Source of the DNA: Octopus sinensis
Taxonomy: Eukaryota
Assembly: GCF_006345805.1 (NCBI RefSeq)
Contig: NC_043000.1
Span: forward strand, 71,486,001-71,550,000
Direction of reading: 5' to 3'
Length of the DNA stretch: 64,000 nt
Numbering within the stretch: position 1 is the stretch's first letter; each line of letters opens with the position of its first letter. The notes under the pieces are model-generated. The model was not told the DNA's origin and ran no database searches. It saw only the letters and a list, made by a program, of their open reading frames with translations. A program made the position numbers and the translations under genes. Positions 61,360 through 64,000 of this stretch are shown here, one piece after another.

Positions 61360-61848
61360 ACCCATCCGTTCGTGTCCGCTGCCAGCCTCGTCTGGCACCC
61401 GTGTCGGTGTTACGTAAAAGCACCATTCGCTCGTGGCCGTTTGCCAGCTCTGTCTGGCCCCCGTGTCGGTGGCACGTAAAAGCACCATCCGTTCATGTTT
61501 GTTGCCAGCCTCGCCTGGCCCCGTGCCAGTGACACGTAAAAGCACCGTCCGTTCGTGGCCGTTTGCCAGCTCTGTCTGGCCCCGTGTCGGTGGCACGTAA
61601 AAGCACCATCTGTTCATGTTCGTTGCCAGCCTCGGCTGGCCCCCGTGCCGGTGACACGTAAAAGCACTGTCCGTTTGTGGCCGTTTGCCAGCTCTGTCTG
61701 GCCCCGTGTCGGTGGCACGTAAAAGCACCATCCGTTCGTGTCCGTTGCCAGCATCGCCTGGCCCCGTGCCGGTGACACGTAAAAGCACCATCCGTTCGGT
61801 TTGCCAGCTCTGTCTGGTTCCTGTGCAGGTGGCACGTAAAAAACACCC
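61360..61848 (+). repeat. Tandem array, 8 units of ~60 bp, in the LINE 3' UTR
   Basis: gtaaaa anchor near 61414, 61476, 61536, 61597, 61658, 61719, 61779 and 61836. Confidence 0.95.
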
Positions 61849-63404
61849 ACTACACTCGCGGAGTGGTTGGCGTTAGGAAGGGCATCCAGCCGTAGAAACA
61901 CTGCCAGATCTGACTGGGCCTGACGAAGCCTTCCAGCTTCACAGACCACAGTTGACCCGTCCAACCCATGCTAGCATGGAAAGCGGACGCTAAATGATGA
62001 TGATATATATAATACTCATACATGCATGTATGTACCCACTCATACACATACACATGTTAAAATACACATACATCTTGTAACTGGCTGTATGTGATATGCC
62101 ATATCAATTCGATACTAAATGTAGCGTATAGATGTAACACTTCAAGGTTCATAGTAACCAGCGAACATCGAAGAATTAACACCAAGAAGGAAGAAATATT
62201 AATTACATATATTCATTCGTTTACCCAACAGGTTGTTAAAGAGACAGTAACAGTTCTAGTGATAGTGACGACAAAGATGACTTGCTGGTTAGTAGCCGAT
62301 ATGGTTGTCTGTCAGTAGAGAGTGAAAGAGTAAGGTAGTCATGCTGCTGACTAGAAAGGAAGAAAGGCAGCAGCATCTTTCTTACGGCTGAAAGCCTCTC
62401 TTAGCATGCTGAGCAAAGGGTGAAGGGAAGTGCTGCTCTTGGTTAAGGCTGATGCAAAACATAATTTCTGTAATTCATTGTGGTAGTACACATTTTTCTT
62501 TGAGAATGTTTTCTGACACACAGTTTCTGTTTTATTGTTACTTATATTTCACTGCTTCATCCTTTAATGGGAGAAAAATACTGAAGAAATATATATATAT
62601 AAGGACTTGCTTATACCCAAGAAATGGACAATGCACAGGTAAAAATTATTTCTATAATGCCATTCTCTATTAGTAAATTTTGTTTCTCATAACAATTTAA
62701 AGAAATGTTAGACAATTTATTTTAATAACATAAACTGTCTGCATAAAGAATCAAATATAAAAATAATTAAAAACTGGAAAGTTTTGTAATTAGGGGCAGG
62801 GTAAGGTTGAATATTTAAAATAATTTGCAGCGTGTAAGATATTTGTAAGCAACTCCTGAACAACAAAAACTGTTACTTTGACTGCAACATATAAATTTCA
62901 TTTGTGTCTAAATATTTTTGTTCTCTGAAACCACAGCAAAACCCTGACAAAAATTCATGTTACACCTGTTTTGTCAGTGAACAAGTCTCGGTTTCAAAGC
63001 GACAAAAATATTGAGATTGAAATGAGATTTAAATGTTGCAGTGAAACCAAATTTTTTTTGTGTGCGTGTGTGTGTGTGCATATGTTCATGAATAGCTTAC
63101 AAACATCCACACTGCAATTGTTTTTGTTAATACCATTATATAGAAGACAGAATCGAAAACATTTTGTGTGCTAATTTTTGTTTTCATTGTTTATAGCATA
63201 GATAATTTTTTCCGTCTGAAATGCCATGTTCGGCCTCCAGGACGCATTGCTCAGCCCGAGGCAATAGTTGAAACCACTTACTCGCGAACGGTGGGGTAGT
63301 AGAGGACCAGGAGAATTCACATGATTCGATTTTTTTCCCTAAAGAAAATGGATATTCTTCCCAACCACATGGTTCCAGGTACAGTCCCATTGCATGGCAC
63401 CTTG

Positions 63405-64000
63405 GGCAAACACTAGAGTTAAAAGGTCTTGTTGTAGACCTATTGCACAATTTTTTTTTTTGGTTTGGGTCTAACATTGGAGTTTAAAAGTCAAGGTCTG
63501 AGAATGTTAATTTTCCAAGTCCTCTTCCTCACTACCACCCCGTTCGTGAGCGCGCATTTTTTTTCATATTCGTTTACTACATGTTGTTGTATACTTATTA
63601 CACCATTTTTTTTTGGCTGTGGTGAGACAACTTGGAACATTCACAATGTGAACTTTCCGAGTCCTCTCCCCCACCCATTCGCAAGCACGCATTTTTTTTC
63701 ATATTTGTTTACAGTAAGTTGTTTTACACCTATTACACTAATTTTTAATTAATTTTTTGCTTGGGTCAAACACTAGAGTTTAAAGGTCATTGTCTGACGA
63801 TGTGAACTTTCCGAGTCCTCTCCCCACCCCATTTGCGAATGCACATTCTTTTTTCATATTTGTTTACTACATGTTATTGTACACCTATTACATTAATTTT
63901 TAATTATTTTTTTGCTTGGGTCAAACACTAGAGTTTAAAGGTCATGGTCTGACAATGTGAATTTTCTGAGTCCTCTACCCCACCCCCTGTTGGCGAGTGC
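63405..64000 (-). repeat. Same satellite family as 53832-55080 in opposite orientation; runs off the window
   Basis: ggtcaaacactagagtttaaaggtca, tgtgaa(c/t)ttt..gagtcctct and ttttacacctattacact are reverse complements of the 54-kb units. Confidence 0.9.

Larger units (their letters stand above)
60088..62003 (+). mobile_element. Young RTE LINE copy, 5'-truncated, nearly identical to 5668-7603
   Basis: Same RT, PHD and C-terminus, 3' UTR array and GAT tail; inserted in a (CATA)n context. Confidence 0.95.

Noticed and set aside
62075-62490. Possible solo LTR
   Set aside because: TGTA-type starts exist, but I could not find a matching end with a target duplication.
63282-63338. Apparent 57-nt minus-strand exon (tttctttag...gtaagt)
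   Set aside because: The sequence is a unit of the 54-kb satellite and the translation shows no kelch or BTB similarity.

Overview
This is AT-rich, microsatellite-laden eukaryotic DNA. The repeat landscape looks like a coleoid cephalopod (Octopus-type); that is an inference from repeat style only. One host gene is visible: the last three coding exons of a minus-strand kelch-repeat (KLHL-type) gene (31144-31004, 12630-12438, 11214-10992), joined in phase by canonical GT-AG introns. Most of the rest is nested transposable elements: RTE-clade LINEs (two young copies with a PHD finger inside the RT and an 8 x ~60-bp stem-loop array in the 3' UTR, plus many old fragments), a truncated Gypsy LTR element, a solo LTR, a full-length but broken mariner, three piggyBac derivatives, three Helitrons, an R2-type fragment, Penelope-like (PLE) remnants, tRNA-derived SINEs and fold-back elements. 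Most notable: (1) several minimal type-I hammerhead-ribozyme folds linked to PLE-like remnants, one pair with a compensatory base change; (2) an intact -1 ribosomal frameshift cassette joining Gypsy gag to pol; (3) the PHD-in-RT architecture and modular 3' UTR of the RTE family; (4) a candidate 11-nt poison microexon in the kelch gene. All calls come from reading the sequence; no searches were run, and boundaries of old repeats are approximate.
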